A DNA stretch of 64,000 bases from NCBI RefSeq assembly GCF_040938485.1, contig NW_027271112.1:62001-126000 (forward strand), read 5' to 3'. This DNA comes from Diadema antillarum (Eukaryota). Positions 1 to 13,000 of this stretch are shown here, piece by piece. The translations under genes and the position numbers were made by a program. Numbering within the stretch: the stretch's first letter is position 1; the number at the start of each line of letters is the position of its first letter. Under the pieces are notes generated by a model. That model was given only the letters and a program-made list of their open reading frames with translations. It was not told the DNA's origin and searched no databases.

Positions 1-1892
1 ATTTCATTTTTTTTCTTTTTGTCTAAAAGAAATTCCTATCAAATTATGTGCAATTTTATACATGTATGACAAAAATGTTAAATGGTTAATCAAAGCTGCT
101 TACTATTTGTGGTATTTTGAGCACATTCAAGATATTGTAATCTCCAAATTCAGAGACAGTAGGGTCTCCATACACATAGAAGTTCTAGAACTGTAACTCT
201 GCATATTCATTATGGGACCTGCTCAACGTTGATGATACTTGTCGATGATAATTAAGTTCATAGTAGCCATATTGCATGATGATACTGATGCAGTACCGGT
301 ACTTTTAAAGAAGTTCAGACTTGAACGGCATCATCAGTTGCAATATTAGTAAATGAATTGAAGGACTGTCGGCTCTAAAACAACTGGAAAAGCCATATAA
401 AATCAGATCTCATTGGAGAAAGAATATGCTGTAAATTTAAGTGATATGTGGTTCTGACTTTTCCAAGTTATCACCAATTTTGTAGTGCTAAGGTTATATG
501 CTGTGTTACAATATTGACCTACATGTACACTGTATGCATACAATTTGTAGTTGCATGCTTGCTTGCATGGTGAAGATGGCTTTTATAAGTAGAGTCAGTA
601 GAATCTGACAACCAGAATGGTTGAAGTTTATTAAAATTGACATCCAATATTGGTTTTAATGCAATTGGACATTCAATATTGGTTACAATCATATTATATT
701 GGTTATAATAGTACACCAGCACATGTTATGAGGATGAGAGAATGAATATAATATTTTGATAATTCAGGAGTGCCGATGAACGGGTCACTTTCTGTACTAA
801 AAAACTCCTGGCAAAGTGGCATGTATTTAAGATGTCCATTTTCAGTGCTAACATGCTTAAACCCAAAGCCCCCCCCCCCCCTCCCTGCAAACCTGCCAAA
901 CTTTTAAAAAGTCTTGTTTATAGATAATAGATTGCATTTTGAAAGCTTCAATGGAAATTTATGGTAATCTACCTGTAAGTGTTTATTATAAAATAAACAA
1001 GTTAGGCAAAAGTTATGCATTCTTCTTGGACCTTAGAACATCATGAAGTAAGAAATCATCTCTGTAAAGTTGTAAGCCCCTCCATATCTAAAGTTAGCAA
1101 GATTAGTGCAAGTTTCAAAGATGACAACAGGATTAATAGTTTAGAGCACAAGTGAGCTAAACCTGCTCGTGGTGCTTGCAGATCAGAGCTACCACATTTG
1201 CATTTTTGATTTGTCATTTGTTGACCCAAACATCTTTCCTTTTTAATGTTTTAAAGTCATCACGATATGAATGAGAACCAGGCAGCATAGACTCAGTGAC
1301 ATCACTATCAGTTTTAGTTGTTACCTTTGCTATGTTTTTAAAGTTACATCGTAAATATTATAGTCATTCAGATGGAATGACAGAGTGAGTGTGGGTTATG
1401 GCAGAGTACTAAAGTGTAGAACGGGTAGCCAATGTGATCATGAGGTTACAGTAATAGAACTTTTTACATACCAGTAACCACTTTCACCATTTTTCATTTT
1501 TACCAGCACTGGTAATCCAGTCAAAGTCCCCCTTTCTTTGAGTAGCTGCCATTCCCAGGCACACATTTTTTTTTCTTTAAGTTTTTATTACAATATGCGA
1601 AACCCAGATTGAATTGGTGGTCAGCATTTCTTGTACGCATTATATTGTATTGCAATGTGTAGTGGCATACCTGTGGTGATTGTCTGTGAAGTCTGTGTCA
1701 CTGTTGTAAAAATGTGGTATAGTGGTATCATAGTTGAATTTGTTCATCTTATATGGCTGACTATTTGAAGATGAGGAATTTTAGAGAGAAAAAAAAATTG
1801 ATGCACATTACTCTAGATTCATGTAAATAATTGGTAACAATTGGTAACAATTTTTTTTTTTTTTTTTTTTTTGGGGGGGGGGGGGGGATATG

Positions 1893-2286
1893 CAGAGACT
1901 CCAACCCTAAACATCTTTTTATACAGGAGATTCTCCTGCCTTGACCCTCCCTAGCAAATTGGAGACTCTGACACCTGAACATGCACACAGTATTATGTGT
2001 GTGCAGTGCAAATCACGAGCGCTAAGCGCGACATCCCTTGTGATGGATCCAGGTTATAGATGCCCTTTGGTGCTATTTTGGCCTTATTTTTAAACACATA
2101 TTGACAGTACTAAAGTTGGGCGGGAGAAAGCTAAATTTCAAGCTGGAGAAAATACATAATTTGTACATCTAAAGCGGGAGACACACAACCATAATGGGAA
2201 AAATTCAAACTAAGATGGAAGAGCTGGAGATTTAAGCCTCAAAGAGTGAGATCTGCCACCAAAAGTGGGGAGGGTTGGAGTCTCTG
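1893..2286. mobile_element. hAT-like MITE (CAGAGACTCCAACCCT TIR)
   Basis: Perfect 16-bp inverted termini CAGAGACTCCAACCCT / AGGGTTGGAGTCTCTG. An 8-bp TSD could not be confirmed. Confidence 0.55.
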
Positions 2287-4456
2287 GGTATGTGAAAAGA
2301 CTTTTCAGCTTAATTAATAACCTATGTCAAATGTGATTGGTATCTGCCATCCACAGCTAAACTTAGAGAAATTAGTTGCAATTCAGTGACTTTTAGATTC
2401 ATAAGATTTTGAATTTAGCTTGGATTTGCAATTACAGTGTTATCTGTTTAGGTGCAAGAGTACAATGTAAGGGCTATTAGTTTATGTCACATCCGAACAT
2501 TTCCTGGATCTTTCCATTTACTTGTATGGTTCATTGTTTTTGTTAGCTGCAGAATATATGCACATTATATGCAAATGTGTTGGCTGTGATAAGTGAGACT
2601 GTATAGTGTAATGTCAAGCATGGTTTTGATTGTCCCAGTGTTATGATGCTTGAAAACGTGTACATATATTGTCTGTAGATCTTTCTCTTCTTTTTTGTAG
2701 CGTCCTGCAAGACCAAATTTGCTTGATACCCTATCTTTAGTAAGTTTTAATTTTTATGTTTGTACATAGTCAGTGCTAACCCTGCTTCTTGCACACTGTC
2801 TGCTTTTTACCCCCTCAGATTTCAGCCATTTGAAGATATATTATTATTATTATTATTTTTTTTTTTTTGGTTTTGTTCCAATGATTCTGAAATTCTATTG
2901 CAGTGGACATGTAAAAGCTACTCTCCAACATGCAAAGTGCTGGCCTCCTACAGCTTGTGTGAGCAGCTCTTATTGCATTTTAGTTGTGGCAAATTTTAAT
3001 CTGTGAAAGTACCAAGGGGTACCCAAAAAATAGATTGCAACTTTGAAGTGGCTGCATGCCAGCAAATTGCAGTATTGTGCATTTGCAAGCTATAAACCAG
3101 ACATAGATTGGTGTGGATGAGGACAACAATGTTGTTTTATTTCTTTATTAAATTCTTATTTAATTGATTTCACATGCTTGACAATGAGGACAAGATGACG
3201 ATATTGTGTATCAACAAAGGATTTAAAATGAAATATGACTGAACAGGTTCTTTCTGTAGAAAGCTAAATTCTCAGCAAGTGACGCCTACATTTCATGCTC
3301 CCGTGTGCTATAAACACTTTTTAGATTCCTCAGTCCGTGAGCTTCAGCTATCCTGCAAGATTCACTAGAATGTTGTAGTTTTGAGATTCTGAATGGAGTA
3401 GGCGCTTGCTACTGCTTACAAGCACAATTTGCATTGTAGGAGAGCTGCTTTTCTTTTCCTGCGTTGTGTTTATTGTTTCTACGTAGATTGCATGTGAAAG
3501 TAATCAATCATTTGTCCTGTTTACAATGTCAGGTGGCTTTGTTTGTTGCAGCATGCTCTTTGAAATGGCAGTATTGACATTTATAGTTTCCTGAGATCAA
3601 GATAAATGTTTTAGAATGCCTGTTTGCATCATGTTATCATTCTAAATTGTTTTCTACATACCTGGGTGAATGCATGAAAATGCAATTGTGTTCAGACTAG
3701 CAAAATATGAAATAGTCTTTAATCTTCCTCAGTAGTTCTCTTCTTTATTTTTTAATTCCTTAATTGTGTTTGAAAACTTTACAAGATTGGCAGCATTTGA
3801 TCTTTTTCCCCCACTGTTTCTTTGTTGTTGTTGTAATATTTCTGTATACATGTTTCTGCACAGACAGTAAAATGAATTTTTTCAAAGTAAACTGTCTTAC
3901 AATTTTTAAGCTTGACATTCTTGCTTTTGGTCCAGGCTAGTGCAGTAGATTATTATTGTTTGGTTTGTCAAAGAGATCATGTGCTCAAATATGTACCTTG
4001 TCACCACTGTAGGGACTTATGGATCATACTTTGTAGCAAGGTTTTTATACCTTCATGTGCCTAGGGAACTTTGCCATATATGGGACATGATTCTAGAATA
4101 TTCATCTTTTGTGCTGAACTGCATCATATGGTACAAACTTTCCATGTTAACAAGCAGTGTATTCTTATGTTCTGTGTTTACAAGAATAAAATTGAGATAG
4201 TTAGCTAAATAAAGAATAGCAGCCAAAGCTTCTTGAACATAGTTAGTAGTGTGTATGTAACTCATCAACAAACTGTAGCATAATCATTAATTGTTATGCT
4301 TGGTTTACGTGTACTTTCACTGCCATGGGATTTGCTGCGCATGCTGCAAGTGGCCATTATAAGCTAATCATGGAATTTTGCTCATAAATGTTTATCACAT
4401 TTTGTGCCATGATTGAAAAGATGGTTTTGCCATGCCCAGATTTTAGATGGTGTATA

Positions 4457-4935
4457 CTGTAAACGTCAATATTTTCGCGCGATTAATTTTACGCGCTGAG
4501 CGGCTCGAAAACATATTCGCGGGTTCTTGAATTCGCGCTCCGCAGCGGGTTAATACACAGTCGCTGTTTTCATCCAGCGATGCCAGCGTATGAAAGCGAC
4601 GTAGCGAGCGCTAGCGGCGCGAGTGTGAGTGTACAAGCGCTCAACTACACTATGTACGTAGTACACTGTACACGTATTTTACTCGATACATGTACTGTAG
4701 TCGCGGAGATGTTATGGATGTAGCACACCAATCGGCCATGGGCTCGGTGCGTGCGGCGCGTGCAATGATACTGCTATATGCGTAAACATGTCTGTACTAC
4801 GGAGCAGTATCATCGACGAAAAAATGTGCATAGAAAATTACGAAGATATATTCGCGCGTTTTTGAATTCGCGCTAGCCGAACGTAGCGCGAAATCCGCGA
4901 AAATTAATGTACCGTGAAAATTTCCACGTTTACAG
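4457..4935. mobile_element. MITE, TA TSD, TIR CTGTAAACGT.. (479 bp)
   Basis: TA|CTGTAAACGTCAATATTTTCGCG...CGTGAAAATTTCCACGTTTACAG|TA. A near-identical inverted copy lies at 56632-57101. Confidence 0.85.
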
Positions 4936-4986
4936 TACATGATACAAGCAAATTCATTCTTAATTTGCATGATGACCAAAGCTTAA

Positions 4987-5368
4987 AGGGTGTGTACAGT
5001 TCTGGTTGAGGTGAGGATTTATTAGCTTTTAACGTTTTGCGAGATATTCAGAAACCACTCTATGAGATGTCAAAGAGCATGCAATTCTAAGAGGTATCAA
5101 AAGTTTACTTGATGAAAATGGGTTTTGAAATGGCTGAGATATCCAAAAACAAGGTGAAACAAAGAGATCCTACTAAAAGGCGTGGCCTGTCACCTTTATC
5201 ATTTTCACTTTTTTTGATATCCATTTGAAAACCAATTTTCATCAAATAAACATTTAGTCCTTCTTAAAATTACATGCTCTTTCATATGTCATGAGAGGTT
5301 TCTCATTATCTCAATTTAGGAATGTTCAAAACATGAATCCCCACCCCAACCAGTACTGTACAGCCCCT
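4987..5368. mobile_element. TTAA-TSD MITE (Kolobok-like termini AGGG...CCCT)
   Basis: TTAA|AGGGTGTGTACAGTTCTGGTTGAGGTG...CAACCAGTACTGTACAGCCCCT|TTAA; near-identical to 14462-14845. Confidence 0.85.
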
Positions 5369-6183
5369 TTAATGGAATCTTGGAGTTCTGTGTTGCAGCT
5401 TCATGATGAAATGTTGACCCTATACTTTGCACTTCTGCATTTGACCATCAGTGAGCATTACCATCATTCTGACATTAAATCTAAATTGTAAAATTACTTA
5501 TGCAGGCAGAACAGTAAACAAATGTCACAGCTCTGTACTCTATAAATATTTCAAATAGTGTTATAGTCGCCAATAATGCTAACTTATTCTCCACCAATGT
5601 TATCTGTTATTTGTCATAGAGATCTAGTTTGATAGTTCACACAAATTAATCTTTACTGGCTGCGCATCACACCTTATAGAGCAAGACCCATGTAGGCTTT
5701 GTAGGGTATGGAGGATTGGATGTGCCTTGGTGGACATTGGATTTGGTTCCTTTGTGGAATCCCTTTGTTGCCTGCTTACTGTCAACTTCTGCAGCATATA
5801 ACTACTAGCTGTCACAAAGCAAGAGCTTATAGTATGAATAAAGAAAACATAAATGTAGCAATGACTGTAGTGTAACTAAGTGATATGGTTCTAAGTCTGT
5901 GAACAGTATGTATGAAAAACCGTCTTGGTATGACCTTTTGAAGAGATCATCTGCAGGAAAATTTGTGGGGAAGAAATGTTCAAGCTATGTCTCATTATAT
6001 TCCACATAGTAAGAATGTTGCAATAGGATTGGTCCAGAGCTGATCACGTGATGAAGCGTAGTTTTGCCCATCACATCACCTGAGAAGAAAAGTTTGTTAC
6101 ACTCTATGTTGATAGTCCCTTTTGTTTCGCTGATCTCCACACAGGCCACACAGTCCTAACGCAAGATGAGTACGCGCGAAATA

Positions 6184-6251
6184 AAAGTGCGTTGCACTGT
6201 GGACTATCATGTGACCGAGGTCACTTGATAGTACACAGTGCAACGCACTTT
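6184..6251. repeat. 68-bp near-perfect inverted repeat (33-bp arms, 2 mismatches, 2-nt loop)
   Basis: AAAGTGCGTTGCACTGTGGACTATCATGTGACC-GA-GGTCACTTGATAGTACACAGTGCAACGCACTTT. Confidence 0.9.
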
Positions 6252-6436
6252 CACTTCGGTGCGCGCAGTGCGCGCAGCAAATTCATTGTTTTGTCATCAC
6301 CGCGCACACGTAGCCTAAGCCCTAAGGATACCTAAAGACGGCTAAAACGGTTTCAGATGTGGAATAAAATGGGAATTTCTAGGACCCTAGATGTCGAATA
6401 TAAAGCAAATAATCAACTTTTAGTTTCAGGCAATGA

Positions 6437-6542
6437 GACAAACTATCACTTCCTCGGCGATCTGAATGTGTACGCTATCTTTCCTCAGCTGCGCTTCGGA
6501 AAGATAGCTACATCCAGATCGCCTCGGAAGTAATAGTTTGTC
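6437..6542. repeat. ~105-bp imperfect hairpin
   Basis: ACAAACTATCACTTCCTCGGCGATCTG...GCTATCTTTCC pairs with GGAAAGATAGC...CAGATCGCCTCGGAAGTAATAGTTTGT. Confidence 0.8.
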
Positions 6543-8220
6543 CCATCACCTTCACCAACGTTGATTATTTGCTTATTGGCATATTTGGTTGAAAAATTTC
6601 TTGTGATTGATAATATTTTGCCATCTTGGTCATGAAATGTGTCCGCTACAGTGAGAATTCTGAAGATTTAGATCTTGATCAATTATTATTGACATCCTAG
6701 TAATTTCTTCATAGTTTGACTTTTGTTGAGATTCCAAGTAAATTCAGTTCCTTTGGAACAAAATGTGATTTTTTTTTTTTTTACGTGTTATTGAGTGGCA
6801 AAGAGGAATGAAATTGATTGCACGTTATTAATCTGCAATGTGTGTAAAAGGCATACCACATTTGAAATTGAACAGCCAAAGTTGTATATATTGGCAGTCT
6901 AGCTGTTATTACTTTCCCCACATATTGGGCTCAGAGGAAGCATAAATCTGCAATCAAGACATTTTAATCCTCTCTTCAGAAAAAGTCTCACATGAGTTTG
7001 CAGACACATCAGTGACATTTAACCCCCTGTGTACCACCACTTTAGAATACTGTTTACATCTTACTAGGAATCGCTGCTAGTGTTAATGAGTGAATTAACA
7101 TTGGTGGTGGCTCTGTTCTCTCTCTTGGCAAGGGAGTGGCTTGGATAGGAGTTCAAAGGTATATTGGATTCTTCCTGTCCAAAACTTAATAATAGGTTGT
7201 TGAATCATTTTGTGCTAGAAGCCCTAATGAAGCATACTTCCCCTATGCTTTGTTATGATCCTGCCAGTTCTAGCATGGAATGAGCTGCTATGAGATGTAG
7301 TAGCTTTTGAGTGTCTTGATATCTGAATTTATTCGAGGAGATTTCTAATTCATTTGATATTGATAAGATTGGGACATGAGAATGAAAAGAGTCTCAGGAA
7401 AGCTGTGTTGAACAAGAAACATGAGGTATAGCATCATATTCCAGAAAGGTATCAATTAGATTTTTTAAAACAATGTTTTTATGTGTCCAATCAAGGAAAA
7501 ATTATGAAAAATTAACTTATAATACCCTTAAGATTTCTTATAAAGTTCTTCAGCCCTTAAAGAATATGATATGTTAAAGGGACAAATTGAAGAGTGAAAA
7601 AGAAATCATTATGTCTTCAAAAATGAATACAATGGATTTATGGAGAAGATTTAAGGTGAAGGCACACAAATGTGTGTGATGCTGATTGGTGCTGCCCTTT
7701 CTGAAGGAGACTCTACTTGCTTAGTTTCGTTTTCAAAGCACTTGACGTTCAGTTCAATGTGTACAATTTTGTAGCTCCTTTGTTTTGAAGCAAAACTGAT
7801 GCACTCTGTGTGTGCACTGTGTCAATTATTCAAGTTTTCAGTGGGGTTTGGATGGCAATCAGATGCATTCAGGTTTAGAATACCCATGATATTCAAAGCA
7901 GAGAGACAATGGCTAAGCATTGTGCAATATACAGAGTGGCAATTGAGGTACTGACCACATACTACTAGTACCCAGTAGATGTCTCACATACAATAACAGT
8001 GGTAGACATTCTTTTTATAATTTCTTTTTCTTTTTTTCTGGGGAAAATGCTTGATCTTTCTAGTGAGAATGGTGTTTTGAGTCTTAGTTGCATTTGCCGG
8101 TGATGGCTTCAAGAATATCCATGTTTGTTGGATTCATTTTGTTTGTTAAGTGCTTTTCTAGAGCAGTGATTTTACATTACTTCATTTGTTGTACATTTAC
8201 CTGCTTTTTATGATGACTTG

Positions 8221-8760
8221 GACCCCGTTTACAGTGCGGGGCTGGGCTGAGCCCTGCAATTTTGTCCGTTTACACTGCTGGGCTTGGCCGTGCTTTTAAT
8301 TCAAACCTTTCAATATTTTGTTGTAGTGGCGCTCTGCTTGTAAACAAACGCAATTTGGTATAGTCTGGTTTTCAGACCCTTTGCCAACTGGATTCCGTGG
8401 GAATGAAGTCGCCGTTCGGGCAAAGGACTTTGCCGAAGGAAAAATCCTTTGCAGGACAAAACCACCTTAAACTATACTAGTTTTCGACGTTAAGGGCCCT
8501 GGGGTTAATATCCTGAATAACGAAATAGCACGGGAGAGGGTTTGGAAGCCAGACTAAAATTGGCCGCGCATTTGGCCCAGTTTGCGTTTACACTGAGAAA
8601 AGGCCGGGCTCGGCTGCGGCCGATGAGACCACCTCCAGAGCATGGCCAAATGCGCGGCCAATTTTGGCCCGGCATTTGGTTTTTTGCGCGTTTACACTGA
8701 AATGAAGGCAGGCTCGGCCACGGCCGAGCCACGGCCGAACCTCACACTGTAAACGGGGTC
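8221..8760. mobile_element. PIF/Harbinger-like MITE (540 bp)
   Basis: Perfect 16-bp TIR GACCCCGTTTACAGTG / CACTGTAAACGGGGTC, with internal GGCC-rich repeats. The 3-bp flanks TTG/TAG are imperfect. Confidence 0.75.
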
Positions 8761-10055
8761 TAGAAGATGCGTTATAGATATTGTATGAGATCCTTTGTCT
8801 TGTTCATAATTATAAGCCAAGTATGCACATGATGTAAATGGGATAGGGCTTCTTATGTTGATGAGAATGCATTTCATCACGGTGGGTTATGATCTGCAGT
8901 TTTTTTTTTCTTTCTTTTTTTAGTTCAAAACTCGGAGATTATGGATGATTGCGATTCATGGGTGATTACTCATACAATTGTAGGTGCCTTAGCACTTGTG
9001 ATGCATAATTTATGTCATCATTAATGATATTGACTCTTGTGATTTGAGAATTACTAAGGACACACAGCATTGAAATGTCCTGTAGTGAGATCATTGCATT
9101 TCAGTGGTGTAGCACATGCTTTAGTGTTGGCATTAGTGTTTTTTTTTGTGTGTAATGCCAAAAGGGCAGCTGAGCATGTATTTGCAGTAATGAGTGGGAC
9201 TGACTTCATGCATTCCTCCAGACTCTTCATTTGTCATTTCTTCTATCATATAATGCTATGAAAACTAAGAGGGAGGATGTTCAATCAACTTGTATTTGAA
9301 TACATAAGCAAAGTTTGGTGAGATTAAATGGCTATTATGATCAGCCACAGAATCACTGTCCACTTCAGAAATAGAAGAACACAATTGGAGAATGTAATTT
9401 CTTGAATTAAAGAGTACATGTAGGTTTCTTCATCAATTTGACCAAGATCATACAATTTTGCCCTTTATGTACCGTACTCTCAGTTTACAGAGTACGTACA
9501 TACGGCATGCATAAATGGCACAATGTACTCGTAGTACTTATTGTCAATAGATGTGTATGCTGTAGAGGTTTTAAAGTCATGATATTTGACATGAAACACA
9601 ACATTACAAACTGTGTGAGAAGTGAGAACAGTTCTTATTGAATTTTCGTATCTGGTGTCCTCTGCACATTGTGTCTTTTAACCTGTCGAGGACAGACTGA
9701 TTACGCTACAACACGCCTTTCTCATAGACACCTGCTTGAGTATACTCGGGACTCGTCCTTAACTGGTTAATGCAGGCCTAGAAAAACTTGTTGTTGATGT
9801 TGTTATCATTGTTGTTGTTGTTATCATCATCATCTGATCATCACTGTTATTGTTATATTACTAAAACTCCACTTCAGTTGATATGTCTTCATAATTTGCT
9901 GTCTTGTTCATGTGTTTCTCATACTTGTATTCAATCTTAATATCAATTTTCCTTGTGCATGGGGAGAAAAAGACTAAGAAATTAAGAAGTTGCCAAGTTA
10001 AATATATTTTTGTATTATCTCTACAATTATTTCTGCTTTGTTCTCGTTATCTTAG

Positions 10056-13000
10056 ACAACCCTTCCCGAGTTCAGCGAGAGTGAGTTTTCAGTACAGCGA
10101 GAGCATGAAGAGTTCATCTGGCTCCATGCTATGTACGAAGAGAACGAGGACTACGGGGGAATCATTGTAAGTTGCCATTCTCCCACTTCATGCTTTGTAC
10201 CTTCCTGTGGTCATTGAAAGTGTGACTTTTTTGCTGCACAGAGAGAATCATTGAACATAATACCCTCGTTAGATGCTGATATTGGTTTTTATGCGTCTTT
10301 TTGTTTTATTGTCTCCATAAGCAACGAAAGGCTGTTTTGCTTTCACTCTCGTTACCTTTGATTCAGCTTGATAGACGGAATAATGTCGCCTTTGTATGAT
10401 GTATTTGATCCTTTTCAAAGCTTACCAAGTGCTGTGTCATGGTGCATGGAGTAATACAACATATTGCCATCCATATATTGCAGTAAATGTAGTCAGTGAT
10501 AGATATTTTTGTGACTTATTTAAGTAGCATTTACTTCATGTAATGTTGAAATGCCATCCCAGTTATTACCATAGCATTGACAAATGTGGCAGCGAGAAAC
10601 GTGAATTAATGTTTTTGATTCTTTTCTTTATCCAAAGTTCCAGGCAGCCTGTAGAAAGTTTCTGCATGTGATAAAGAACCAAGCTTGATATCTGATTGAT
10701 GTGAAAGTTTCATGTCATTTGTATATACAGGCCCTGTTAGTTTGCTGTTATAAGGATGAACTATACACATCCTTTTCAAAAAGCAAGATTGATTGTTTGA
10801 TTGTTTGAATCATCTTATTCAGAATTTTGATTGTTGACAAAATGTATTCATAGCATTTACAATGAACAGCTATTCTTTATCAACAGCTAAGGTATTACGA
10901 ATGTGCATCAAAGTGTCATCATGATCTTTTGTTATCGCTCATGAAAATAGATTCCCCCAGCGCCACCAAGGCCAGACTTTGATGCATCAAGAGAGAAGCT
11001 CCAGAAGTTAGGGGAGGGTGAGGGCACCATGACAAAAGAAGAGTTCAACAAAATGAAGCAGGAGCTGGAGGCGTAAGTCTAAGCCACAATTACTGCAGAG
11101 ATGTCGTTATGGTGTAGGGGGCTGGGGGCATAAGTCTAATCCTGTGCCATGTTACTTTTGAACTGCTGTATGCTTTGGTACTGTCACACTGTGTGGGGTT
11201 GGGTATGCAAGTCTATTGTCCTTCAGATATTGTTATTAAGATGCTGTATTACTTTGTGTTGCTGTACACTTGAAACTATAGTGACTTGACAGAACTTTGT
11301 TCAGCAATGCTTTTAATGGATGTAGTGGAAGCGTATTCTGTCCAGTAAGATTTCCTCAGTATTTGTCTTATTTTCTGGCAAGCAAGCTAAGGCGTAAGCT
11401 GTATAGTTGTGTTTACCAGTCGCAACATAGTCCTCAACCAAGCTGCAAAAAGTTACAAATGAACATCAGATCAGATAAATACCAAATAGTGGGTGCAGAC
11501 CTTTAAAGTTCTCAGAATGCTTATTGTTGAGGCAAATTCCACTTTTAGTTTTGATTCGGTATGCAAGATTATTGTTCAGAGAGGATGTACTAGGGTTCAT
11601 GATTTACTAAGCAACTTCTCATATTACTTTCTAACCCCTTTATCATGGTGGGTGGGGGGGGGGGGGGGGATGAAAAGAAACCTTTCATTTTCTTCCTTTT
11701 ATGAGAAGGTGGCCAAAACAACTGACAGTACATACCAAGAATATAGATGCAGTATTGGACAATGAATATACTTCACCCAATATGACACATTTTGATATTT
11801 AGATGTTACATGTTTTTATGCCTCCGCCACGAAGTGGTGCCGGAGGCATTATGTTTTCAGGTTGTCCGTCCGTCCGTCCTTCCGTCCGTCCGTCCGTCCT
11901 TCCGTCCGTCCGTCCTTCCGTCCGTAATGAATTTTGTGGACAGGGTAACTATCAAAACCTTTTGAGGTAGACTAATGAAACTTGGCATGTATGTGTATTA
12001 GGGGGTGAAGTTGTGCCTATCAACTTTTGGGTGCACATGCTCAAGGTCAAAGGTCAAAAGGTCAAGGTCAAATGCTTAAAATTGCACTATTTCCCCCATA
12101 TCTATGCAATGCCTGAAGATATTTTCTTGAAACTTCGTGTATACATGTATTACCCAATTAAGATTCTTTGGTGAAAGTTTGGGGTCATGAGGTCAAAAGG
12201 TCAAAGGTCAAAAGGTCAAGTAAAATGTTAAAATTTCACTTTTTTCTCTGTATCTTGGAAATTGTTCAAAGTATCTTTATGGAACAAAGTATGCATGCAT
12301 GTACTGACTGTCAGTAGTTAGCTAGGGAATTTGGGGTTTATGGGGTCAAAGGTCAGGGGTCAAAGGTCAAGGGCAATATTTTGAAATTTTACTATTTTCC
12401 TTATATTTATGCAATGCCAGCAGGATTATTTTTTTAAAACTTAATGTATGCATGTATATTACCCACTAGAGATTCTCTGGGATTTTTTTTTTTTTTTGCC
12501 AAGAAGGTCAAAGGTCAAAAGGTCAAAGATCAAGTGAAAGTGCTGAACTTACTACTTTTTCCATATCTCGGAAGCGGCTCAAGTAATCTTTAAACTTAGT
12601 ACATATTTATGTATGTTCTGCCTGACAGTGATTCTCTTATGAATCAAAGGCCAGATGAAAATGATAACAATTTACTGTTCAATACAGAAATTGCACTTTT
12701 TCTCCATACCTTGAAAATTACTCAAGTGCGTAAACTTATGAAAGGGTCAAAGTCGAAGTTAAAGTACATGCTCTCCTATTCATCCAATTAAACATAGGTC
12801 AAGGAAGGTAGATGCATTTGTGACAAACATGTCATTTTGATATTTTGCCAGTTTTGTGAAAATGTAATCACACATTGTCCACATGTACTATAGACCTATT
12901 AGGAGAATCGTGCATTATGGCAGAGGCATACCAGTTGCCATAGCGACATTTCTAGTTGAAATTATGACTTTGTGTCCAATTTGTAATTCCATGCATATTA

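Noticed and set aside
1850-1888. Poly-T/poly-G junction and other long G/C homopolymers as G-quadruplex elements
   Set aside because: Such runs recur throughout the window (for example ~868, 11645, 23335, 31073) with no positional pattern.
6184-6251. CACTGTG/CACAGTG heptamers in the hairpin as recombination signal sequences
   Set aside because: There is no ACAAAAACC-like nonamer at 12 or 23 bp, and the two heptamers simply result from the palindrome.
8924-8965. Possible exon after a strong polypyrimidine tract (FKTRRLWMIAIHG* or QNSEIMDDCDSW)
   Set aside because: The donor is weak (GTGATT), the length does not preserve frame, and there is no similarity to SNX6.
11990-12800. CRISPR-like array
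   Set aside because: The context is eukaryotic, and the repeats are whole ~150-bp tandem units without unique spacers.
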